A DNA stretch of 64,000 bases from a bacterium. Its GTDB lineage: Bacteria; SM23-31. Under the pieces are notes generated by a model, which had not been told where the DNA came from, ran no database searches, and saw nothing but the letters and a program-made list of their open reading frames with translations. The translations under genes were made by a program, and so were the position numbers. Positions 31,206-41,689 of this stretch are shown piece after piece (the first letter of the stretch is position 1; the number at the start of each line of letters is the position of its first letter). The DNA is taken from positions 1,118,782 to 1,182,781 of the forward strand of contig OZ244870.1 in assembly GCA_965221205.1 (NCBI GenBank), given 5' to 3'.

Positions 31206-31589
31206 AGAAAAACCCTCCTGAAACAATGTACATATTTAAATTATTTCGGACACCACATCTTTAATAGTACCTAATAGTACCTTTTGAATATTGATTTTAC
31301 AAGTGTTTTTTCTTCCTCTCCATGCAGATTCGATAAATATAAGAATTCATAGCCGTGAGGTTGATTGAAAAACCTCAAAGATGAATAACCGGGGTTCTAT
31401 ATTTTACTTCATTATCATTTTATACAGATTGTTATTCTCACTAAAATTTTGTATATTACTACCGTAGTTTTTGAAAGGTTGTTCACAAGCAGTCAAAGAC
31501 GAATCCTGGAGTAGGATACTGTTCGCCGGAACATGTTCCTGATCCGGGTTTTTGTATTTTGTCTACACTGTTTATTGGAAGTTGTGATG

Positions 31590-32162
31590 GAAACATCATG
31601 GTTTTTTTCGTGGATAGTTGTACCATTTTTGATTGTTATTACTCGTGTTCTCGATGTGTCGTTTGGTACGCTGCGTATCATATACTTAGCACAGCGACGC
31701 AAAATAATTGTTCCGATACTCGGATTTGTAGAAGTATTAATATGGCTTATTGTAATCAGCCAGGTCATGCAAAACCTGACGAATCCGGTCTACTATATTG
31801 CCTATGCTTTGGGATTTGTCATCGGCAATTACATCGGGATCAGTCTTGAGGAAATGCTTGCAATAGGCAATCTCATGGTCAGAGTCGTGACACGGATCGA
31901 CGATACGAGATTGATTACCACGCTCCGGAACCACAACTACAAGGTAACAATTGTCGACGCAGAGGGATTGATGGGACCGGTAAAAATCCTCTTCACTAAT
32001 CATCCGTTGAAAAGACAAAGACGGAGTCCTCTGAAGAAGTGCAGAAAGCGCAGGAAGACGGCATATCACGGAATGGTCTCCGCTCGAAACAGCGCTATTA
32101 CCGCTGGACCTTCTTCCGCCGCCGTAAGGGGAAGTAGGGATGCGTATCTTTATCTTCTTTAA
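31590..32162 (+). CDS. Small membrane protein of the UPF0316 / DUF2179 (YitT C-terminal-like) family
   Basis: N-terminus METSWFFSWIVVPFLIVITRVLDVSFGTLRIIYLAQRRK is typical of UPF0316. The C-terminal part (KRQRRSPLKKCRKRRK...) looks atypical and may be frameshifted. Confidence 0.5.
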   Translation, partial: ETSWFFSWIVVPFLIVITRVLDVSFGTLRIIYLAQRRKIIVPILGFVEVLIWLIVISQVMQNLTNPVYYIAYALGFVIGNYIGISLEEMLAIGNLMVRVVTRIDDTRLITTLRNHNYKVTIVDAEGLMGPVKILFTNHPLKRQRRSPLKKCRKRRKTAYHGMVSARNSAITAGPSSAAVRGSRDAYLYLL

Positions 32163-32377
32163 TAATCAGATTGAGATTAAATTAGGCGATTGATTTCCAA
32201 CGGGAAGTCCCAGTTTATCCAGATAGTTCACACCAATGTGTTTGAGGTCACGTTCTGCTATAAATCTGCGATACAGTCCAGTCGGCAAAGATTATAATAG
32301 CGTCCTCTATAAGGATTGCCCTATGCTGGTGCCGAATTTCTCTCTTATCAAGATTTGAACGTAGTGTTGATTATAAT

Positions 32378-33259
32378 CTACTCTACATCCTTCACACATC
32401 GAAAACCGGTATCTGCATAAGTGTTCGACTGAACATCGCTCGTGCGCCTTGAGCAGCGCATCAATCCCGGTCTTCCGTCCCAGGAGTTACCGCGCATCAC
32501 CTTTCGTTCATTTGGAACATCGTTTATAGGATTCTTTTTCGGGCTCCTGCTGTAGTATTCTGCATCGAAGTAGTCGGCACACCATTCCCAGGCATTACCG
32601 GACATGTCGTACAACCCAAAAGAGTTGGGCACAAAGGAACCAACGGGAGCGGTGAAAATGTATCCGTCATCATATCCTTCGGTATAGGACCATGTGACGA
32701 CCTTTATCAGATTTTCGTCGGCAACATTGGCCACGACCTCCTGCCCCAAGGGTTCGTTGCCCCACGCGTATCTGTAGCCTTTTGCCCCACCTCGGGCGGC
32801 GTATTCCCATTCGGCCTCGGTGGGCAAGCGTTTTCCAGCCCATTGGGCATATGCATCTGCATCGTTCCAACTCAGGTTCGTCACCGGATGATTGTTTTTC
32901 TCTGTTTGATGCAGATTACCCATCTGGTCGAACCTCCAGTTAATCTCCGGGCTCTTCTCCCAGCCGTCCCCTTCCCATACATAACCACCATCATTTTTTT
33001 CGGCATCAGTGACATAGTTTGTGGCATCCACAAATTCACTAAATTCTTCTAAAGTGACTTCATGGATATCCATATAAAACGCATCTAATTCCACTTCATG
33101 AACCGGTTTCTCCATGTCCTGCCCGTTGGCGTCACCCATCATAAACGATCCGGCGGGAATTAAAACCATACCGGAATGTGTTGTTTGTGATGTCTGACAA
33201 TTGAGAATGAGAACCAGTGCCATGATACCTATCAACGCAACTGAAAAGAGTGTTTTCAT
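32378..33259 (-). CDS. Formylglycine-generating-enzyme (SUMF1/FGE-sulfatase) family protein, secreted
   Basis: 293 aa with signal peptide. FGE-domain motifs EAEWEYAARGG, GLYDMSGNAWEW, MRGNSWDGRPGLMRCSRR and GFRCV. Confidence 0.8.
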   Translation of the reverse strand: MKTLFSVALIGIMALVLILNCQTSQTTHSGMVLIPAGSFMMGDANGQDMEKPVHEVELDAFYMDIHEVTLEEFSEFVDATNYVTDAEKNDGGYVWEGDGWEKSPEINWRFDQMGNLHQTEKNNHPVTNLSWNDADAYAQWAGKRLPTEAEWEYAARGGAKGYRYAWGNEPLGQEVVANVADENLIKVVTWSYTEGYDDGYIFTAPVGSFVPNSFGLYDMSGNAWEWCADYFDAEYYSRSPKKNPINDVPNERKVMRGNSWDGRPGLMRCSRRTSDVQSNTYADTGFRCVKDVE

Positions 33260-33539
33260 TGTTGTATCTCCTCAATGATTAATATGAAATACGATTAGCT
33301 ATATATTAACCGCTCTAATGTCATCCAGTAATTCTTCAGTGAATGGTCTGAATTTCTGTGCATCTGATATACTTATTGTGAATTAGTCCAGGATTAAGAA
33401 AGAAAAAATCTGTTATTGTTGATTAGAGCGAAGACTAATCGAGAGAAATGAATATACAATTTGAAATAGTTAAGTCAGGAAATGTAAATATTGAATACAC
33501 CAAGGTAATGAAATCCGATCGCGTTATTGGCTCAATTTT

Positions 33540-33770
33540 TTGTTTCGCGAGCACTTTCGGTGGCGATTTGTGCCCATTTCTAGAGCAAACTGTTATTGTC
33601 CACCACTTCTTCGGGAGAACTTCGAAGTACGGCATTTTACCGTGCTGCGAAGACCCTGCATTAGTGAAATCCTGATGGTTTTTGTCACCGACTTTAAAGA
33701 ATAACTTTGCCTTCGAATTTACCAGTGCGAACATGAGGCTGTTCTCGAAAATACCGTAGCCGCCGAACAT
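33540..33770 (-). CDS. TfoX N-terminal-domain-like small protein; the extreme N-terminus appears interrupted by an in-frame TGA
   Basis: MFGGYGIFENSLMFALVNSKAKLFFKV ... PYFEVLPKKW matches the TfoX_N pattern (MFGGyg...mFalv...lylK...yyevp). Confidence 0.4.
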
Positions 33771-34292
33771 CTTCTTATTCGTTACTGCACCAAGTGGTGC
33801 AAGAATATCAACAACGTGTCAGCACAGACTACCCGCTTCCTCAGTTAGTTTATTACCTTTTATTCCCAAATCAACATTTCTCCTTAAATTAAATACACCC
33901 AAAATTTAGTAGTGATATTGTATGTTTGGTATGTACGAGCCTCATCCTAAGCTAATAACCGACTCGTAAGATAAACAAAAATAAATTTTAATCAAATATT
34001 TAATCATGTTTTAGATGTTTTATACATTCCTCCCAAACCGTTCTTTACAATGTGTAAAAAACAGTATTGGAAAAGGAATTCTTTTCTTATTCTTGTTGTT
34101 GTAAAAGCTTAGAAAGAATATATCAATAACGGGTAATAAAAAAATTCCTTAAAAAGATAGTTGAATCTCTTAGATTTTAATTACGTTGGCTGATGTTTTC
34201 TGACAATATACAATCAGCATAAGAAAAAACTTGGAAATTGTTAAATATTTATAAAAATTAATGATTCCAAAAATGCATTTATAAGGCGCACA

Positions 34293-35399
34293 ATGAAAAA
34301 TAAAGTTGTAGACTTCCTTGCACATGCCGGAATTTGTGTGAACGGCAGAGATCCTTGGGATATTGTTATTCGAAACGAATCATTCTATACGAGAGTGCTG
34401 GCGAGCGGTTCGCTGGCATTAGGTGAATCATATATGGATGGTTGGTGGGATTGCGATGCTATCGACAAATTTTTTCATAAAATTTCCTTAGCCAGACTCA
34501 ATCTAAAGATCACTGATAAGAAACGGTATTTATTTACTTATCTCAAAGCTAAGGCGCTGAATTTTCAGCGTAAATCAAAAGCATTTCATAGTGGGCAATT
34601 CCATTATGATATTGGGAATGGCCTCTTTTCCAAGATGCTTGGTGAAAGGATGATTTATAGCTGTGCCTATTGGGTGGGAGCTAAGAGTCTTGATGAAGCA
34701 CAAGAAGCAAAACTGGAACTCATTTGTAAAAAACTCGGTCTGGAGTCGGGGATGAAAATTCTCGACATCGGCTGCGGATGGGGAGGATTAGCTCGCTATG
34801 CAGCCAGCAAATACGGAGTGCATGTCACAGGAGTAACGGTGTCTGAAAAACAAAAAGCTATGGGAGAAGAAAAGTGTGCTGGTCTTCCGGTTGAGTTACT
34901 TTACAAAGATTATCGGGATATAAACGGCACATTTGACCGGATCGTATCAGTTGGAATGTTCGAACATGTCGGATACAAAAATTACAGAACATTCATGAAA
35001 ATTACCAAACAGCTTCTTAAACCGGACGGCCTTTTTCTTCTGCATACTATAGGCGGGAATTTATCTGATCCGTCTAATGATCCCTAGACGAACAGGTATA
35101 TATTTCCTAATTCAAAAATACCATCATTGCAGGAAATCACCAAAGCAATTGAAGGTCTTTTTATTACAGAAGATTTGCATAATATTGGCGTTCATTATGA
35201 TAAAACCCTAATGGCCTGGTATAAAAATTTTAAAGATAACGGGGATTCACTTAAAAATAAGTACGATGAACGCTTTAAACGCATGTGGTCATATTACCTG
35301 TTGAGCTGTGCAGGGGCTTTTTGGGCTCGACATAATCATGTATGGCAATTAGTGCTTTCTCACGATGGCATACCGGGAGGTTATACTAGCTTTCGATGA
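34293..35399 (+). pseudogene. cfa: Cyclopropane-fatty-acyl-phospholipid synthase interrupted by an in-frame TAG at 35085-35087, at the conserved Trp of the DPW segment
   Basis: SAM-MTase motif ILDIGCGWGGLARYAA. ORFs 34293-35087 and 35127-35399 are in the same frame; (35088-34293) is divisible by 3. The sequence reads DP*TNRYIFPN where CFA synthases have DPWInkYIFPn. Confidence 0.75.
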
Positions 35400-36757
35400 A
35401 ATACGTAAATATTTCAAAGCTTTATATTATCGTACCAGAGCAATTTGTTCCGTTGAGGGAATGAACCATTTGATTCCATCTTCGGTCAAAAGCACGTTCT
35501 CTTCAAAATCCATCACCATTTTTCTGCCGCCCCATTCGGGCATTGGATAGTAAACGAAGAATTCAAGAGAATGGAGCTGGTTAAGTTTAAGTACAAGGTT
35601 GCTGCAATATGGCTGCTCTTCATCGATCCAAACGGCAGGTCCGAATCCGTGGCCCTGCTCTCCGACAGTATGTCATCCAATATTGATCTCAATATTTTGG
35701 CTGTCTGAAACGTAGTCTTCGAGACGACAGATCTCATATCCAAGTTCTCGCAGTTTATCATATATAACATTCAGTGTCTCAAGCCCTGTACGGCCCGGTT
35801 TTGTGAGTTTATGTGACAATTCCCGCACTTTCAACCTATGATCCCAGATTTTTTGTATTGTCTCCGGTATTCCGGTTTCTCCTTCACGGAGCACATATGC
35901 CCACCGTTCGATGTCGGTGCTATAATCGCCCATTATTTGGCTTATCCCAGCCAACAAGGTCTCCCCGTTGGATGACTAAATCTCGTGGTCCTCGAGTTGG
36001 TGTTCTGACAAGCGGGTTGCCGTCGTTGTCTGTCGGCATATGCGTAGTATATCCACGGGCTATCAATTGATCCGCCATCCAAAAGCTCAAGTCGCCCAAT
36101 GTCGTCACTCCCGATACAATAACCTCCATTGAATAAAGCTCTCTCAACTAGCTCTCTGGTTAATTCTATCGACTTTCTGAATAGTGAAATTTCACTTCCT
36201 ACTTTGATCGAACGAAAGTCGCTGACGAGATCCTCCGACGAGACAAGCCGTGCCGCATATTTCTCACCGAGAGTCTTGAGGAGAGCCAAATAATTGGTAT
36301 GGGAAAGCCCATCAGCAGTTCCAAGATTGGCGGGCATATTGACCGCAATGTTTTTTGGATCGCGCTCTTCAACGAACTTCCTCAAATTTTCTGTCACTCC
36401 AAAGATGTCGTAAAGCTTGGGACTGCCGCCGGTACCTAAGGCAGCTCGTTCGATTCTGTCACCGCCGCGGTGGGCAAACACTAAATAAGCCAGATTTTCT
36501 CCAAGATACCACTTATCCGAAGCGCCGCCGCCAACGTCTGAAGCAAGAAGCGGGTCAAGACGCTTATACTTCTGCACTATAATCAACATGTCGATGTTAT
36601 TTTCCCACATCGCTTTGGGCAGCACAATATCGAGCTTTTCCATGCGAATCAGATTCTTCATTTCCCAGCGGGCTTTTGCTTCCTGAGCGTGAGCAGGGTA
36701 TCCTTGGACAAAGAAAAGACCAGAAAATAGCATGAGTAATGGCCATGATTTACGCAT
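35400..36757 (-). pseudogene. Disrupted paralog of the secreted M24-like (creatinase-N / pita-bread) family; signal peptide and N-domain intact, C-terminal half in at least three frames
   Basis: The N-terminal ORF 35942-36757 aligns with the 48551 protein (LDIVLPKAMWENNIDMLIIV ... GGDRIERAALGTGG ... FVEERDPKNIAVN). ORF 35673-35957 contains EGETGIPETIQKIWDHRLKVRE. The 3' end translates to GFGPAVWIDEE...LEFFVYYPMPE in another frame. Confidence 0.65.
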
Positions 36758-36999
36758 AAAATGTTTGTATTGGATTTGCTTTACTATTTATTCTAACGTG
36801 TAGCTCTTTGTGGCCAATGCGCTTTTTGATCACACTTCGATGGTAAGTACGACTCGGAAACTTTGCAATAAATATCACAAAAACCTTGAGCAATTACAAG
36901 TAATATATCCGGTTTTAAGACAAAGTATTTCTCTACGCCGCTCAATGCTTAGAGTATACAGTTTCACCAGTCGAGTTTTCTTTAAACTATTCCCAGAAA

Positions 37000-38751
37000 C
37001 TACCATACAAACAATAATTTTGTTACAAACCAGGTAGTGAAAACAAGTAAAAAACATGCTCCGACTATTTTTATAAAACCTGGAAAGTACCATTTTAAAT
37101 TTGGTTCGTTGCGAAGCTCAATTGTGCTATCCGTTCCAAATATTTTATCTTTGCTATCCTCTGCATATATTTTTTCCACCTCAGTCACGCTCATTTCTTC
37201 CTGACCATCAGACATAAGACCTGCGTCAATTAAAGCGGGCAATTTGATTCCTGCATTAACCAGCCGCTCTTCACGTCCAACCGGTGTGTTTAATATAACG
37301 TGGAAACGTTTAACCTTGAGGGCATCGGCTGGTTTTCCGATCAAAGTCCCAACGACCATACAAAATAACGCCACACTAGTAGAAATGAACACCGTCTGCT
37401 CAAATGCCGGATTAATTGCATCAACAAACCCCAAATTCGACTGAATCATATTGGTGACCACAACCGATATATAGGTAACGATCCCACCACTTAATGAAAG
37501 CCACATACCGGTGCAATTGGCTCGCTGCCAGATCACTCCGAAATAGATTGATATTCCAAGAAACGAAAGCAGCGTTAATGTCAGCTTTACATAGTCTTCA
37601 ATCGATGAAAGGTTGTGTGTCGAAAGCGCCGCAATAATTATTGAGATTACTGCCCAAATACGTGCAACGTTGAGATAATGTTTCAGTTTTTTGCCAGGCC
37701 GAATTGTCTTCCTGTAGAGGTAATCTACTCCGATTGCGGAAGAGGTTGTGGCAAAGGTGTCCGCTGAAGACATTGCCGCAGCAAAAAAACTTGCAACAAG
37801 GAGTCCCAAAACACCAACCGGTAATATTTCCCCCATGACAATACCCCAGGCTAACTCAGGGTCATCCAGTCCGGGCCGATAAATTGCGAATAGAATACCA
37901 TAGATAGCAAACAACAACGTGATTAATCGTTTCCAGAGATGTCCCCATGCACATTGGGTCGCGGCTTTTTCGTTCTTTGAAACCGAGATCCAGTTAAATA
38001 TCCATGGTGCTGCAATGCCGCCAACGAGAGCAGAGAGATTTAGCGCTAGCACAGTCCAGATGGTCATCCGTTCTGGGTCAACTAAATTCCAGATTTCAGG
38101 ATGAGCAGCACTGTAATTCATCAAGGAATTCCAGCCTCCTGCATTGATCCATAAAAATGGCAACATAATGAAACTCAGAACAAAAAGACACATTAATCCC
38201 TGAAGAATGTCGGTCAATAACGCAGACATCATCCCTCCGGAAAATACATATGAACCAACAATGACAGTGATAATCCAGACACAATGCTGTGGTTGTAAAG
38301 TGGTCAACCCGGCCAATACTTTTGCTATGGCTAACAGAATCATCCCAATAAATAAAATGCAGATGATCGTTGCAACAACTGAATACAGTGAGGAGACATA
38401 TCTGTCGTATCGCATCTCAAGAAACTCAGATATGTTATAGACCCTCGACCTGCGGAAATAAGTGGAAAATAAGTAATAAATAGGAGTTGCAAAAAGGAAA
38501 CTCCACCAGTACCAGACCCCAGAAAGTCCGCTTTTATAGGCCTGTCCTCCTACGACAACTGCCTCGTTACCCGCAATCGCTGAAGCGAAGACGAAAATAA
38601 AGGACACAAGAGCACCCCATTTACCACCTGCTACAAAAAAGTCACCCAGGCTCTTAGTTCGTTTTACTCCTTGAAAAATGCCAATGTATAGTACAATACC
38701 GAAATATACTATAACTATAGTAAAATCAAACCAATGTATGCCCAGTATCAT
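37000..38751 (-). CDS. Sodium:solute symporter (SSS) family transporter with a C-terminal extension
   Basis: 583 aa with about 13 predicted TM segments. SSS-like N-terminus and a C-terminal cytoplasmic domain plus a final TM segment. Confidence 0.75.
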   Translation of the reverse strand: MILGIHWFDFTIVIVYFGIVLYIGIFQGVKRTKSLGDFFVAGGKWGALVSFIFVFASAIAGNEAVVVGGQAYKSGLSGVWYWWSFLFATPIYYLFSTYFRRSRVYNISEFLEMRYDRYVSSLYSVVATIICILFIGMILLAIAKVLAGLTTLQPQHCVWIITVIVGSYVFSGGMMSALLTDILQGLMCLFVLSFIMLPFLWINAGGWNSLMNYSAAHPEIWNLVDPERMTIWTVLALNLSALVGGIAAPWIFNWISVSKNEKAATQCAWGHLWKRLITLLFAIYGILFAIYRPGLDDPELAWGIVMGEILPVGVLGLLVASFFAAAMSSADTFATTSSAIGVDYLYRKTIRPGKKLKHYLNVARIWAVISIIIAALSTHNLSSIEDYVKLTLTLLSFLGISIYFGVIWQRANCTGMWLSLSGGIVTYISVVVTNMIQSNLGFVDAINPAFEQTVFISTSVALFCMVVGTLIGKPADALKVKRFHVILNTPVGREERLVNAGIKLPALIDAGLMSDGQEEMSVTEVEKIYAEDSKDKIFGTDSTIELRNEPNLKWYFPGFIKIVGACFLLVFTTWFVTKLLFVW

Positions 38752-39084
38752 ATCAAGTCTTCACTATTTTTATATCATTCATTCAATACAATATGTGAAT
38801 CTAAATTTAGAGATTTGTTCCTTTTCCAATTCTGTAAGTAAATTTATCCGGAAATAATTTCTATTATCTGATATTCCCTATATCAGTATTCTGAAAGAGA
38901 TTGACATGGATTTTATTGTAAAATAATGCTTTTTCAATATATGATGTACTTGGTTAGATGGTTTTGAAAGGTATGATTTAAATATTAAGTATGGCTACTA
39001 CAAGTACATTTAACCTCTCGGACAAGAACGATTTTGAACCTTTTCTATAGTGATCTAATACCCTTCATTACCTTTATCGCTACA

Positions 39085-40674
39085 TTACCACGGCAAAGGA
39101 GCGACACGGGGGAGTTTTTCATCACGCATTGCCGCATGATAGACAAACGATGCAAGGATGACCACATTTGTCATCGTGTTTTTAGGAACAAGACGGTCAA
39201 ACATATCCATATTAGTGTGGGCATTCGTTTCCATATCTAATCTGTCCTGATAAAAATAAAAACCCGGCAGTCCAACTTCAGCATACGCATCATGGTAGCC
39301 CATATTGCCACCGATAGACATTCCGCCAGGAATCAGATGTGCCATTCCCAAGCTATGTAACGGTTTCATCCACTCGGTAAAAATTGACCGAATCTCTTCA
39401 TTACCCATGACAGATACAGCCCGTATCTTACCGGTACCATGATCCACATTAAAGTATGCAGATAGATTATGATAATCCTTTCTGTATTCCTTTGTCGTCG
39501 GATCGGCAAAGTTTTTCCGGACATGACTCCGGTTACCCGCTAATTCTGCTCCATCATGACCACCCCAGAAGCCAACACGAATGGACCGTCGGGGTTGAAG
39601 GCCTAATTTTTTGAAGATACGCGCAACTTCCATTGCAGTAGCTACACCGGCTGCATTATCAGTTGCGCCGGTACCCACAGGTACAGATTGAAGATGACCG
39701 CCGAATACAACTATTTCATGGGCCAAATCAGTACCAGGGATCTCGGCAACAACATTATGGTCGTTTGGATCACCTCTGAAAAAGTTTGTTCTGATTTCGA
39801 TCTCCATTTCGACAGGAATGCCCTTATTTAGTATCCGAATGATCCGGTTATATTGTTCCACTGCCAAGACAAGTTCCGTGGGCTGGGGCGGCGCATCCTC
39901 TTTCCACAGTCCCGATGCTCTATCGTATCTACTGACTGCAACGGTTCCGAAATCATGTCGGCCGTCCGGGTGTGCAATTGCAACAGCACCTTCGGCAAAT
40001 ACAAAATCGATAATTTGCTGGCTCGTAAGTCTGCTTTCACCGGGATTGGGCCTTGTACGCTCCTGTCGGCGCAAATACAGATACAGAACTGAGACTTTGG
40101 GAGTTATGGGGATTTTCGCCATCTCGTCAAGCTGCTTTTCCTTGAATTTCGTCGCTATTGGTTCAAAACGGGGTGAGAGTTTCTGTTCTGGCCTTATGAA
40201 AATGATAGCATTTCGTAATTTCCCCTGGTATTGTTTCAGATTTGCTTCTGTAGCAAGTTCGTCAAAATTCATATAAATAGCATGTGCCCGGATCTTTCCA
40301 CTTGTTCCGAACGACCATGGTGCAGGATAGGCAATAACCGGCATATATTGGGGGGCTATCATGTGTACTGAGGTGTATCCAATATTCCAACCGACACCGA
40401 ATTCATATGGTTCAAGTCTGGCATTTGTGAGGCCATACTCCTTGAGCTGGTCTCTCGCCCATTCTGCAGCTGCACGATACGATGGTGTCTTTACATTTCG
40501 CGGTCCAAATACATCGGCCAGCCAACTGACATTCTCAATGACCTGAGAATTTTCAAACGCCTCTTCCATTATCCTCTCAACAACATCCCAGTAGATCGGT
40601 TCCTGCGCCGGTGCAGAAGATACAAACGCAAGCAATATCAATAAACCTATCAAACAAATATATTTAGCTTTCAT
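39085..40674 (-). CDS. Secreted M28-like PA-domain protein, paralog 6 (HD variant, closest to paralog 2)
   Basis: Signal peptide ending APAQEPIYWDVV. GGHLQSVPVGTGATDNAAG ... WGGHDGAELAGN. Tail DEKLPRVAPLPW. Confidence 0.6.
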   Translation of the reverse strand: MKAKYICLIGLLILLAFVSSAPAQEPIYWDVVERIMEEAFENSQVIENVSWLADVFGPRNVKTPSYRAAAEWARDQLKEYGLTNARLEPYEFGVGWNIGYTSVHMIAPQYMPVIAYPAPWSFGTSGKIRAHAIYMNFDELATEANLKQYQGKLRNAIIFIRPEQKLSPRFEPIATKFKEKQLDEMAKIPITPKVSVLYLYLRRQERTRPNPGESRLTSQQIIDFVFAEGAVAIAHPDGRHDFGTVAVSRYDRASGLWKEDAPPQPTELVLAVEQYNRIIRILNKGIPVEMEIEIRTNFFRGDPNDHNVVAEIPGTDLAHEIVVFGGHLQSVPVGTGATDNAAGVATAMEVARIFKKLGLQPRRSIRVGFWGGHDGAELAGNRSHVRKNFADPTTKEYRKDYHNLSAYFNVDHGTGKIRAVSVMGNEEIRSIFTEWMKPLHSLGMAHLIPGGMSIGGNMGYHDAYAEVGLPGFYFYQDRLDMETNAHTNMDMFDRLVPKNTMTNVVILASFVYHAAMRDEKLPRVAPLPW

Positions 40675-41689
40675 TGTACAACTCCTATTTCAGTAAACAT
40701 ACCGAGTTGATCGATCCCAAATGACAAACTGTTTTCACTCCGTCCCGGAGCCACTACAAGGATTTTTACTCCCCGGGTTGTAGATTTTAGGACCTAAATA
40801 AATGTCTAACTTATTAAGATTCCTATTTGTAATTCTAAAAAAGTTAGAAATATTTCTGGAGTAATCGCTTAGAAATTGAAACTTACTATAAATCTTGGTA
40901 ATTAGGTCAAAAGCGGACTAACGTGAATTTTGATTAAAGGATGGAATAGATTTTGGTTTCTGTAATTGTATCTCTGTTCCATTTCCTTGCGGTATACCAG
41001 GCAATGATTTTTGCTAACACCATGGTACTGTAAGCGTCTTTCTTGTGCACATGACCAGAACCCCTCAAGGCCGTTACTATGACGACGTCCCGTGATGCAC
41101 TATGTGTTATGATCGACCGTACGCTGTTTACCAAAAAACTGCAGCGATGTATACGAACGGAACGGAGCAGTGGAGAAGATGCTCCCTTGCTCAGCGGTGT
41201 CCCTGATCTCGTTCATCAAGCGGCAAGTCATATCGTAGTAAATAGCTTCCCGTGACGTTCCACCGTGCCGAAAACCTTTATTGTACCGGCACTGCCGCGA
41301 CCGCTGGTTCCCGTACGTTTCCAACCAAAGCAGCTTGCATCACATTCTATCTTGCCGGAAAGTCTTCTCACTTCCTGACACAAAAAATTATAAACCTCCT
41401 GTCGATAAAGCATCTATGTGCCTCGCACCGTCGTGGCGCCAAAACCAAGACCCCTGGCAGCTTTATTGGCAGGTATCTCCAAAGAAACATAATGCAGTAG
41501 AGCAAGATCGTCCTTGAGCCGCTTCGGGCTCTCTTTACAAGAACATCCATTACATGTAAAACGATTATCACGCAAATGGTACAAACGATTCCCAGAACAA
41601 AAAGGAACATAATGTACCAATAATCAATAACTAGTGACTTTTTCTTCCATTCTAAGTATACTGTAACACTTGATCCGAAAATAACCTAA

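Noticed and set aside
21593-31226. The possibility that the M28-like tandem array is a collapsed or expanded assembly artefact
   Set aside because: The copies differ at many positions throughout and each has a distinct signal peptide and spacer. That is inconsistent with a misassembled recent repeat.
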